The notes under the pieces: model-generated
What the model saw: the letters and a program-made list of their open reading frames with translations, nothing else
The model's database searches: none
What the model was told of the DNA's origin: nothing
NCBI RefSeq assembly: GCF_900232995.1
Contig: NZ_OCVX01000005.1
Coordinates: 144,413 to 176,412 of the forward strand
DNA length: 32,000 bases
From: Mycobacterium simulans
GTDB taxonomy: Bacteria > Actinomycetota > Actinomycetes > Mycobacteriales > Mycobacteriaceae
Direction of reading: 5' to 3'
In this document: piece by piece, positions 12,400-20,411 of the stretch
Layout: every line of letters begins with the position of its first letter
Position numbering within the stretch: the first letter of the stretch is position 1
Position numbers and translations under genes: made by a program

Positions 12400-13287
12400 T
12401 CACCAATTCAGGCCTTCGCCCGGCGGTCCGATCACTACCTTGCGCGGATCTTGTTGGATAATACCAACTTCAAATGCGTTGTCGCTGTAGATCTCTGCAT
12501 CGCTCTCCTTACCCTCCCCGTCGAATGCGATTTCATTGATCCGCAACGCAGTGGTCCACTTCCATTGCGCCATCCGCTCAACAACATCGCGCACCGAGAC
12601 TTGGCATTCCGCACAGTCATCGCAGGCGCTGTCATCGTCGACCTCGGCGTGCGCCTCACATCGCTCGAATTCGGTCGTGTAAACGTAGCCAGGGTCCCAG
12701 AGGCGCCCGGATGGAGGCCAGTCGAGTTCGATCCACTGCCCTGGTTCCAAGCCGAAGATGTCGATCGCCTTTTCCATCGCCGCCTTCTTGTCGGCGTTCG
12801 TCCAAGGCACATTCGGTGCCAACGCGACGTCCTCGATCGGATGAGAACCGGCGTACTCGACGGGATCGCGGACGGGTGCGACGGCTACATGGGCAGCATC
12901 GGCGCGGTCATACCAGTGGATTGTGCTCATCTCTCCGGTGTCGATGCGCGCGGGGTCGTGCGGCTCGGTGAACTCCGATTCGCGATAGGCCCAGCCGTTA
13001 CGCAGCTCATGCACGAGCCTGCGGGGTAAGCGGCCAACGATCTCGCGTTCGATCACGATATCTTCGGCGCGGGCATGCGCATCCATTGCGGCATTTACTG
13101 CTTCGGCGCCGTGGATACCGTTGGGGGCCAGGTCGTCTGCCTCGTCCCAGATGTCGCCGGCGGTCCGCTCCCGCTCCATCCGCAGCCAACTGACATGCCG
13201 GTAACGGGCCTCGGCATCGGCAAACTGGGGATCGCGTAGGTACTTCTCCTGTACGGTCTCGAATGCGCGAAATAGCCGATCAATCAT
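12400..13287 (-). CDS. Hypothetical acidic protein with C-terminal Cys cluster, translationally coupled to hsdR (function unknown)
   Basis: 295-aa ORF. Its ATG (13287) lies inside the last hsdR codons (GATGATTGA, 8-nt overlap). GC3-rich codons. Visibly D/E-rich. CEAHAEVDDDSACDDCAEC gives a C-x11-C-x2-C-x2-C pattern. I recognise no family. Confidence 0.7.
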   Translation of the reverse strand: MIDRLFRAFETVQEKYLRDPQFADAEARYRHVSWLRMERERTAGDIWDEADDLAPNGIHGAEAVNAAMDAHARAEDIVIEREIVGRLPRRLVHELRNGWAYRESEFTEPHDPARIDTGEMSTIHWYDRADAAHVAVAPVRDPVEYAGSHPIEDVALAPNVPWTNADKKAAMEKAIDIFGLEPGQWIELDWPPSGRLWDPGYVYTTEFERCEAHAEVDDDSACDDCAECQVSVRDVVERMAQWKWTTALRINEIAFDGEGKESDAEIYSDNAFEVGIIQQDPRKVVIGPPGEGLNW

Positions 13288-16200
13288 CGTCTTCCCCCTT
13301 CCCGATGCGGCGTGCTCGCTCGGCGTACTGCGGTGCCAATGCCTCCATCTGCTCGATAACCAACTTGATCGCTTCAGGCTGTTTGTCCGGAGGGTATCTG
13401 TACTTCACCAGTAGGCGCTTGATCGAAGACCGAAGCTTCGCACGTACGTCGTCGCGCACCGTCCAGTCGGTCTTGGTGTCGCGCTGCATCACACCGACCA
13501 GTTCGCGTGCGATCTGGGCGAGCACGTCCTCACCCTGAAGCTCGACGGCAGACTCATTTTGTGCCACAGCGTCGTAGAACGCCAGCTCGTCACGCGACAG
13601 GGCCGGAGTGAAGCGCTTACCCCGATTACCTTCAGCCGCGACATCTTTAGCCATTGCGATAAGCTCAGCGATCACCTCGGCGGAGGTGAGCTGCTGATTC
13701 GTATAGCGGCGCATCAGGTCGGTGATCCGGTCGGAGAATGCTCGCTGCCGCACCACGTTGTTCTTCGTGGCCCCTCCGAGTTCCTGGGTCAGCACCGCGC
13801 GCAGCGCCTCGATCGCCAGATGCGGGTGCGCGGCAGCCTTGGCCTTGGCTTCAAAGTCGGGGCCAAGGTCGGACAGCGACGGTTTCGGCAAGCCCGCTGC
13901 CTGGTAGATGTCGAGGATTTCGCCCGACGCGGTCGATTCCGCGACGAGACTAGACAACAGCCGTTTGATCTCGTCCGGGATCGGTTTGCCCTCGGCCCGC
14001 CGCTGCTCGGCGTCGAACTTGCCCATCCACACCCGGACCTGTTCGTAGAACTTGATTGTCGGCCGCCGGGACTCCAGGGCTTCGTTTCCGTCACACAGCG
14101 ACCACGCGCGGGCCAGGTGATTGGCCAGCTTGCGGAACCGGTCCCCGACGGTTGGCTCCCCGTCGGGAACCTGGTTTCCTGGGTTGGATGGTGACCGCAA
14201 GTGCGCGGTGAGGCCGATTGCCGCCCTCATCCATCCATGTTGCGGCTCATTGGCTTTCGATCTCCAGTCATATCCCGCGCACAGCTCGTCGAGCTGGCCG
14301 ACAAGATCTGTCGTCAGCTTGACCGCCGTGTCGATGTCCTTGCCGACGGGCTTAGTGTTGCGGTCGGTCTCAGTGTATTCGGCGAGTGCCGCGGCCAGGT
14401 TCTCCGCCAACGGCGCGTACGCGACCAGCAGCCCAGACGGCTTGCCTCGGAACGTCCGGTTGACCCGCGCCAGTGTCTGCATCAGCAGCGCGCCCTTGAG
14501 GGGGCGGTCGAGGTAGAGCGTGTGCAGCGGCGGCGCGTCAAAGCCCGTGAGCATCATGTCCTTGACGATCACGATCTGCAGCTCGTCCTCAGCGTCACGC
14601 AGCCGCTTCTGTATCACCTTGTTCTCGCTTTCGCGGCGCACATGTTTGGCGATGTTCCCAGGGTCCTGTGGGGAACCGGAGTAGACGACCTTGATCACGC
14701 CTTTGTCGATGGTGTCGCCGTGCCAGTCTGGTCGCAGCTTGCGGATCTCCTCATACAGCTGCGCGCAGATCTGACGGGTGGCACCGACGATGAACGCCTT
14801 TCCCGGAGAGGAGATGAACTTGCGCATCCCCTCGGATCGCGCTGCCCAATGGTTGACTATGTCCTCGGCCAGCGCCGCCAGCCGCTCGGGTGCGCCGTAG
14901 ATGGCGTTGATGACTGCGACCGATTTTTCGATCTGGGCGCGCTCCACGTCGTCGAGCCCGAGGGTTGCCTCGTCGACCGCATGGTCGAGGTCTCCTTCGC
15001 TGAAGTCCTCGGACCAGCCGACTTTGGCCAGTCGAGGTTCGAAATACACTGGTACGGTGGCGTTGTCAGCGACGGCGCGGGTGAGATCGTAGACGTCGAT
15101 GTCGGGGCCGAACACGTCACGAGTGTTACGGTCGGAGAACGAGATTGGCGTGCCGGTAAACGCGATGAACACGGCGTTCGGCAGGGCGTCGCGGATGTGG
15201 CGGGCGTAGCCGTCAAGATCGTCGTAATGACTGCGGTGTGCCTCGTCGACGATCACAATGATGTTGCGCCGCTCGGTGAGCAACGGGTGGTCCGCTCCGG
15301 ATTCGCGCTCCTCCTTGGTAAGACGGAACTTCTGCAGGGTGGTGAAGTAGATGCCACCGGTAGTTCGGTTGGACAGTTCGTCACGCAGCTGCGAGCGCTT
15401 GGTCATCTTCTGCGGTGATTCGTCGAGCAGCCGTGAGCGGTTGAAGGTCTCAAACAGCTGGGAGTCGAGCTCCTTGCGGTCGGTGATGACGACGATGGTC
15501 GGGTTTTTCAGCTTGGGCTGTTTGGCGACCAGGTGCGCGTAAAGCTCCATCTCCATCGACTTGCCGGAGCCTTGCGTGTGCCACACGACGCCGGCCTTGC
15601 CGTTGCTCTCGGCGGCTTCCACCGTCTTCCATACGGCTTTGGTGACCGCAAAGTATTGATGAGGCTTGGCGATTCGCTTGACCAGCCCATCGCCGTCTTC
15701 GTCGAACGCCGTGAAGTTACGTAGCAGTTGCAGGAACCGCTCGGTGTTAAACAGCCCGTCGATGAGAGTCTCGAGAGCAATCGGAACGTTCTCGTCGGCA
15801 ACCGGCTCACCAATGTTCACCACACGGCCGTCGTCGTCGACGTTCCAAGGCGCGAAGTGCTCCAGCGGAGTGAACGGCGTCCCGTATCGAGCGGTAATAC
15901 CGTCGCTGATGACCGTCAGGACGGCGAAACGAAACGCCATCGGGAACTCTCGCAGATAGGTCTGCAATTGCGCGTGCGCGGCTGCGATGTCCGCGTGCGC
16001 TGAGCCGGCCTGCTTGAGTTCGAAGATGCCGACGGGCATGCCGTTGAGGTACAGCACGACGTCGAAGCGCCGCTGATGATCCGCGGTGCGAATTGTAACT
16101 TGTTGCACTGCAAGGAATTCGTTGTCCTCGGGCCGGTGGCTGGCCAGCCTGATGGTTGGGTTCTGCTCGATGCCGTCGGCGTCGATGTAGCTGATGCCGC

Positions 16201-16489
16201 GATATCCATCTACGAGGATCTTGTGTAGCCGGTAGTTCTCGGCGATCGCGTCCTGTGACAGCGGTTGGATGATCGCGGCGCGGGCCTGGTCGAGGTATTC
16301 GGCCGGCACATCGGGATTCAGTTCGCGCATCTTGGCAAGCATGCGTTCGGGCAAGACTGTGTCGTCCCACGACTGGCGGCCACCCTCAGCGCCCGGCGCA
16401 ATCTGTTTTCCCGTGAGTTTTTGCCATTCGCGTTCGCCGAGTGTGTCCAGCGCGAGTTGTTCCCAGTCAGCTTCGCGGAATCCGGTCAT
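13280..16489 (-). CDS. hsdR: Type I restriction enzyme R subunit HsdR (intact)
   Basis: 1069 aa. N-terminal nuclease motif FDVVLYLNGMPVGIFELK (D...ExK). SF2 motifs HTQGSGKS (I), VDEAHRS (II, DEAH), FTGTP (III), QTLARVNR (VI). HsdR-type C-terminal helical domain. Confidence 0.95.
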   Translation of the reverse strand: MTGFREADWEQLALDTLGEREWQKLTGKQIAPGAEGGRQSWDDTVLPERMLAKMRELNPDVPAEYLDQARAAIIQPLSQDAIAENYRLHKILVDGYRGISYIDADGIEQNPTIRLASHRPEDNEFLAVQQVTIRTADHQRRFDVVLYLNGMPVGIFELKQAGSAHADIAAAHAQLQTYLREFPMAFRFAVLTVISDGITARYGTPFTPLEHFAPWNVDDDGRVVNIGEPVADENVPIALETLIDGLFNTERFLQLLRNFTAFDEDGDGLVKRIAKPHQYFAVTKAVWKTVEAAESNGKAGVVWHTQGSGKSMEMELYAHLVAKQPKLKNPTIVVITDRKELDSQLFETFNRSRLLDESPQKMTKRSQLRDELSNRTTGGIYFTTLQKFRLTKEERESGADHPLLTERRNIIVIVDEAHRSHYDDLDGYARHIRDALPNAVFIAFTGTPISFSDRNTRDVFGPDIDVYDLTRAVADNATVPVYFEPRLAKVGWSEDFSEGDLDHAVDEATLGLDDVERAQIEKSVAVINAIYGAPERLAALAEDIVNHWAARSEGMRKFISSPGKAFIVGATRQICAQLYEEIRKLRPDWHGDTIDKGVIKVVYSGSPQDPGNIAKHVRRESENKVIQKRLRDAEDELQIVIVKDMMLTGFDAPPLHTLYLDRPLKGALLMQTLARVNRTFRGKPSGLLVAYAPLAENLAAALAEYTETDRNTKPVGKDIDTAVKLTTDLVGQLDELCAGYDWRSKANEPQHGWMRAAIGLTAHLRSPSNPGNQVPDGEPTVGDRFRKLANHLARAWSLCDGNEALESRRPTIKFYEQVRVWMGKFDAEQRRAEGKPIPDEIKRLLSSLVAESTASGEILDIYQAAGLPKPSLSDLGPDFEAKAKAAAHPHLAIEALRAVLTQELGGATKNNVVRQRAFSDRITDLMRRYTNQQLTSAEVIAELIAMAKDVAAEGNRGKRFTPALSRDELAFYDAVAQNESAVELQGEDVLAQIARELVGVMQRDTKTDWTVRDDVRAKLRSSIKRLLVKYRYPPDKQPEAIKLVIEQMEALAPQYAERARRIGKGEDDD

Positions 16490-17621
16490 TGGTCTTCCCC
16501 TTGGTGCATGAGGGTTTCGGGCTCGTCAGTCAGCTCGGCTTCGAGTTCTTCGACCGTCGGCAGGCTGGATTCGAGTTCGGCAGGCAGGCTCTCGGTGATG
16601 GCGGTCTTCCACTCGGCGACACCGATCGGCGCGGTATAGCCGCGAAGGGCGTACTCGGCCACCACATTGTTCTTCGTTTTGCACAACAGCAGCCCGATGG
16701 TTGGCTTGTCGTCGGCATGCCGAGCAGCAGGTCGTCCACCGCGGCCATGTAAGTACCGAGTTGTCCCAGATAGCTGGGATCGAAATCGCCGACCTTCAAT
16801 TCGATTACGACGAAGCAGCGCAGATTCAGGTGGTAGAAGAGGAGCTCGGTGTAGAAGTCGGCGTCTCCGATTTCGAGGTGAACCTGCTTTCCCACGAAGG
16901 CGAACCCTCGCCCGAGTTCGAGCAGGAATCGTTCGACGCGGTCGATCAGCGCGCGTTCGAGGTCGCGCTCGCGTCGGAAGTCGGCGGTGCCGACGAAGTC
17001 GAACAGGTAGGGATCGCGGGCGGATTGCTGGACCAGATGGGAGTCCGGCGGGGGGATGGTGCGGGTGAAGTTTGTGATCGCGCGGCCGGCCCGTTCGTGG
17101 AACCGTCCCTCGATGTGGTGGACGAGGACGTTATGGCTCCATCCCTGCTCGACGGCGGCCTGGGCATACCAAAGTCGTAGGTCGGCACTGTTTAGCTTCT
17201 CCAGCAGCGCGATGTGATGGCGCCAGGGCAATTGTGCAAGCGGCGCTTGCACTTTGTCCGCCCGCGCAGCGGCGAAGGCTCTCATGTACTCGAGGTTGCG
17301 CGGTGAGAACCCCGAGGTGCCCAGGAACCGTTCACGCGGGTCGGCGGCCAGCCGATCGATGACCCGGGCTCCCCAGCCTTCGGTGTGTTGACGGGCGAGG
17401 ATCTCCGCAGCCACGGCCCAGGTTGTGCTGACGAGTTCCTGGTTGGCCGCCGATACCGCGCGTTGGCGTCCGGTTCGGACGCACGCGGCAACAGCGTCGA
17501 GCAGTTCGGGGTACCAGTCCGGGATGGTGGCCCGGGTGGGCGGCACCGGGAATCGGGCGTCTGCGCCGGCCCACGTCGGCCGCTCGTCGCGCTCGGTCAT
17601 CGCGCTCTCCGCAGTGCTCAC
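16486..17621 (-). pseudogene. DUF1016/YhcG-family PD-(D/E)xK nuclease, interrupted by a 1-nt frameshift near 16719-16735
   Basis: The 363-aa frame carries LFYHLNLRCFVVIELKVGDFDPSYLGQLGTYMAAVDDLL and then turns into junk (GMPTTSQPSGCCCAKRR...). The family continuation RHADDKPTIGLLLCKTKNNVVAEYALRGYTAPIGVAEW...LPTVEELEAEL is in another frame (the 66-aa ORF 16486-16686) and ends in an ATGA overlap with the hsdR start. Confidence 0.8.
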
Positions 17622-18781
17622 AGCACCTCGCTCACCGCGGCCTCGGCGTCCTTGACCCGGACCCTACCGGACATCAAGAGCGGGAGGAGTTCATCGCGAG
17701 TGCGCGCGAGCACTCGCGACTCTTTCCGCCGCTCATGGCACACCTGCCCGAGACCGGCGACCAACCCAGTCAGGTCAGGGCTCAGTTCGCGTACGTCCCG
17801 CACTTGGATGCCAAGCAAGTCATGGGGCCTTATCCGTTGATGGCTGCCAGATGTACCAGCGACCTTCTGCCGCAACTCTTCTGAGATTTCGGGCTGAGAC
17901 AACGCAGCCCACAGCAATGATGCGTCCACGGCGACGGACGTGAGGACGACGAACTCCGTACTTGCTAGCGGCATCTCCATGGGGAGTTCGCAAACGTTCC
18001 AAATACGAGGTATTCGCGGATTCAACTTGGAGAACAATACACACGGTTCTGACAGAGCAAATTTATTGCTCTTGATGGTTTTGCCATGAACGATCTCAGG
18101 CACAGCGCCGGCATCGAACGCCGGAAGACTAAAATGCGCAACGGAATCCCCGAACTGCTCAGGATAACGCGACGTGGTCGATTGACTCGCCAGAATGGAC
18201 AGCGGTGCGAACGCGGTAACCGAGTTGACAGTCGCGAACATTAGTGCCACTGCTGCCTCGACAACACGTTCGTTCGCGACGATCTTGTCATCGATGACGC
18301 CCAACACTTCTGCGATCGCCCGTTGTTCCTCAAACGAGGGCGCAGGAATCCGCACTTTGCGCAGTTCCGGTTGACGGATTCCGAGCACAGTTGTCCCGGT
18401 AGCCCGTGATGCCAGGTCAGCCTGGACATGGTCTGTCTGGAAGGCGTAGTAGAGGTACCGACTGTCAAGCTTTCCTGCAAGACCGCGCATGCAGAAGACG
18501 CGCTGCCCAATGACGATTGGTTCGTCGGTCCGAACCAACGCAACACGACCCAGCGGCGCCTCACTCGTCAGGACTACGTCGTTCGGTTCGGTCGGCCTGG
18601 GCATCCACTCCTTCCAGGTGTCGATCGAGGCGGTATTAGCAGCGGTTAGATCGAGACGACCCGCCCGAACCGACATACCGGAGACGACCGGGACGCCCGC
18701 CGGGCTGAATGGCGGGTTCTTTCCACGATTGTCGATCAATAGCTCGAGCGATTCGCCGAGAATTAACGAATCGGTTTTCAT
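17618..18781 (-). CDS. hsdS: Type I R-M specificity subunit HsdS (two TRDs)
   Basis: 387 aa. Central conserved helix EEQRAIAEVLGVIDDKIVANERV and C-terminal ESRVLARTRDELLPLLMSGRVRV. ATGA overlaps with hsdM (18778-18781) and with the DUF1016 gene (17618-17621). Confidence 0.9.
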   Translation of the reverse strand: MKTDSLILGESLELLIDNRGKNPPFSPAGVPVVSGMSVRAGRLDLTAANTASIDTWKEWMPRPTEPNDVVLTSEAPLGRVALVRTDEPIVIGQRVFCMRGLAGKLDSRYLYYAFQTDHVQADLASRATGTTVLGIRQPELRKVRIPAPSFEEQRAIAEVLGVIDDKIVANERVVEAAVALMFATVNSVTAFAPLSILASQSTTSRYPEQFGDSVAHFSLPAFDAGAVPEIVHGKTIKSNKFALSEPCVLFSKLNPRIPRIWNVCELPMEMPLASTEFVVLTSVAVDASLLWAALSQPEISEELRQKVAGTSGSHQRIRPHDLLGIQVRDVRELSPDLTGLVAGLGQVCHERRKESRVLARTRDELLPLLMSGRVRVKDAEAAVSEVL

Positions 18782-20397
18782 GACAACCGCTCCAGTTGCT
18801 CTCGGACCACCTTCTCCAACCGTGCCGACTCGTCGAACGCTGTTAACAGCTCTTTCGTCAGCCGCGCAATCTTCTCGTCGACAGGCTCGCCGTCGTCCTC
18901 AGCCTCTGGTGCACCCACATACCGACCCGGCGTCAGCGCATAGTCAGCAGCTTTGATCTCCGCTAAAGTGCTCGAATTGCAGAAGCCCGGAATATCCTCG
19001 TAGGTAAGGCCTTTCGCCGCCGCAGACGCCGATCCCCGCCAAGCGTGATAGGTGTCGCCGATCCGGACGATTTCCTCGTTCGTCAGCGCGCGCTCCGCGC
19101 GGTCCACCATGTAGCCCAGCTCCCGTGCGTCGATGAACAGCACCTGGCCGGCCCGGTCGGTCGAACCCTGTTTACCGGGCGTCTTGTCTTTGGCGAAAAA
19201 CCATAGACACACCGGGATTCCGGTGCTACGGAATAGCTGCGTCGGCAGCGCGACCATGCATGACACCAAATCCGCTTCGACAATCTGCGCCCGAATGTCG
19301 CCCTCGCCGTTGGAGTTCGACGACATTGAACCGTTGGCCATCACCACGCCCGCCTTGCCGCCCGGACCCAGCTTGGACAGGATGTGTTGGATCCACGCGT
19401 AGTTCGCGTTGTTGGCGGGCGGGACGCCGAAGCGCCAGCGCGGGTCTTCCTCATTTCGCGACCAGTGCTTGATGTTGAACGGCGGATTGGCCATCACATA
19501 ATCCATCTGCACGTCCGCATGCTGGTCGCGAGCGAAGGTGTCACCCCACCGCGCGCCCAGGCCCTTGTTGTCGATCCCATGAATGGCGAGGTTCATCTTC
19601 GCCATCCGCCAGGTCTCCTCGATGCTCTCCTGGCCGTAGATCGAGATGTCCTTCGGGTCGCCGTCGTGTTCGTAGATGAACTTCTCGGTCTGCACGAACA
19701 TGCCGCCGGAGCCACAGCACGGGTCGTACACCCGTCCCCGCGACGGCTCGAGCATCTCCACGATCACCTTGACCACGCTGGGCGGCGTGAAGAACTCTCC
19801 ACCGCGCTTACCTTCCGCGCGAGCGAAATTCCCGAGAAAGTATTCGTACACCTCTCCCATCAGGTCACGGGCGCGATGCTCACCTTGGCGGCTAAATCGT
19901 GCACTGTTGAAGAGGTCGATCAGTTCACCGAGCCGGCGCTGATCGATGTTGTCCTTGTTGTACAAGCGTGGCAGCGTTCCGCCCAGCGTGGGGTTGGCCT
20001 TCATCACCGCGTCCATTGCCTCGTCGATCAACTGCCCGACGTTCTTCGCAAGCTCGTCGCCAACCGCCGGTTTGCCTTTCGCGTTCTCCGCCAGGAACTT
20101 CCAGCGCGCGTTCGGGGGTACCACGAACACCCCGTAGCCCTGGTACTCTTCAGGCTCGTCGATCAGGTCCTCGATCTGAGACTCGTCCATCCCATCGGCG
20201 GCCAGTTCGGTTCGAATAGCTTCTCGCCGTTCGTCATACGCGTCCGACACGTATTTGAGGAACACCAGCCCCAAGATCACGTCCTTGTATTGGCTGGCCG
20301 AGAGAGACCCGCGCAGCTTGTCGGCGGCCTTCCAGAGCGTGTCCTTGAGCTGTTTCATGGTCGACGGCGCTTGCGGCTCCTTGTTCCTGGGAGGCAT
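18778..20397 (-). CDS. hsdM: Type I R-M N6-adenine DNA methyltransferase HsdM
   Basis: 539 aa. HsdM N-domain LWKAADKLRGSLSASQYKDVILGLVFLKYVSD, SAM motif VYDPCCGSGGMF, catalytic NPPF (VMANPPFNIKHW). RBS GGAAGGAA upstream of the ATG at 20397. Confidence 0.95.
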   Translation of the reverse strand: MPPRNKEPQAPSTMKQLKDTLWKAADKLRGSLSASQYKDVILGLVFLKYVSDAYDERREAIRTELAADGMDESQIEDLIDEPEEYQGYGVFVVPPNARWKFLAENAKGKPAVGDELAKNVGQLIDEAMDAVMKANPTLGGTLPRLYNKDNIDQRRLGELIDLFNSARFSRQGEHRARDLMGEVYEYFLGNFARAEGKRGGEFFTPPSVVKVIVEMLEPSRGRVYDPCCGSGGMFVQTEKFIYEHDGDPKDISIYGQESIEETWRMAKMNLAIHGIDNKGLGARWGDTFARDQHADVQMDYVMANPPFNIKHWSRNEEDPRWRFGVPPANNANYAWIQHILSKLGPGGKAGVVMANGSMSSNSNGEGDIRAQIVEADLVSCMVALPTQLFRSTGIPVCLWFFAKDKTPGKQGSTDRAGQVLFIDARELGYMVDRAERALTNEEIVRIGDTYHAWRGSASAAAKGLTYEDIPGFCNSSTLAEIKAADYALTPGRYVGAPEAEDDGEPVDEKIARLTKELLTAFDESARLEKVVREQLERLS

Positions 20398-20411
20398 TCG
20401 ACAGTTCCTTC

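Noticed and set aside
14201-15418. 405-aa plus-strand ORF
   Set aside because: It is antisense to hsdR, whose SF2 helicase motifs lie on the minus strand. A high-GC shadow ORF.
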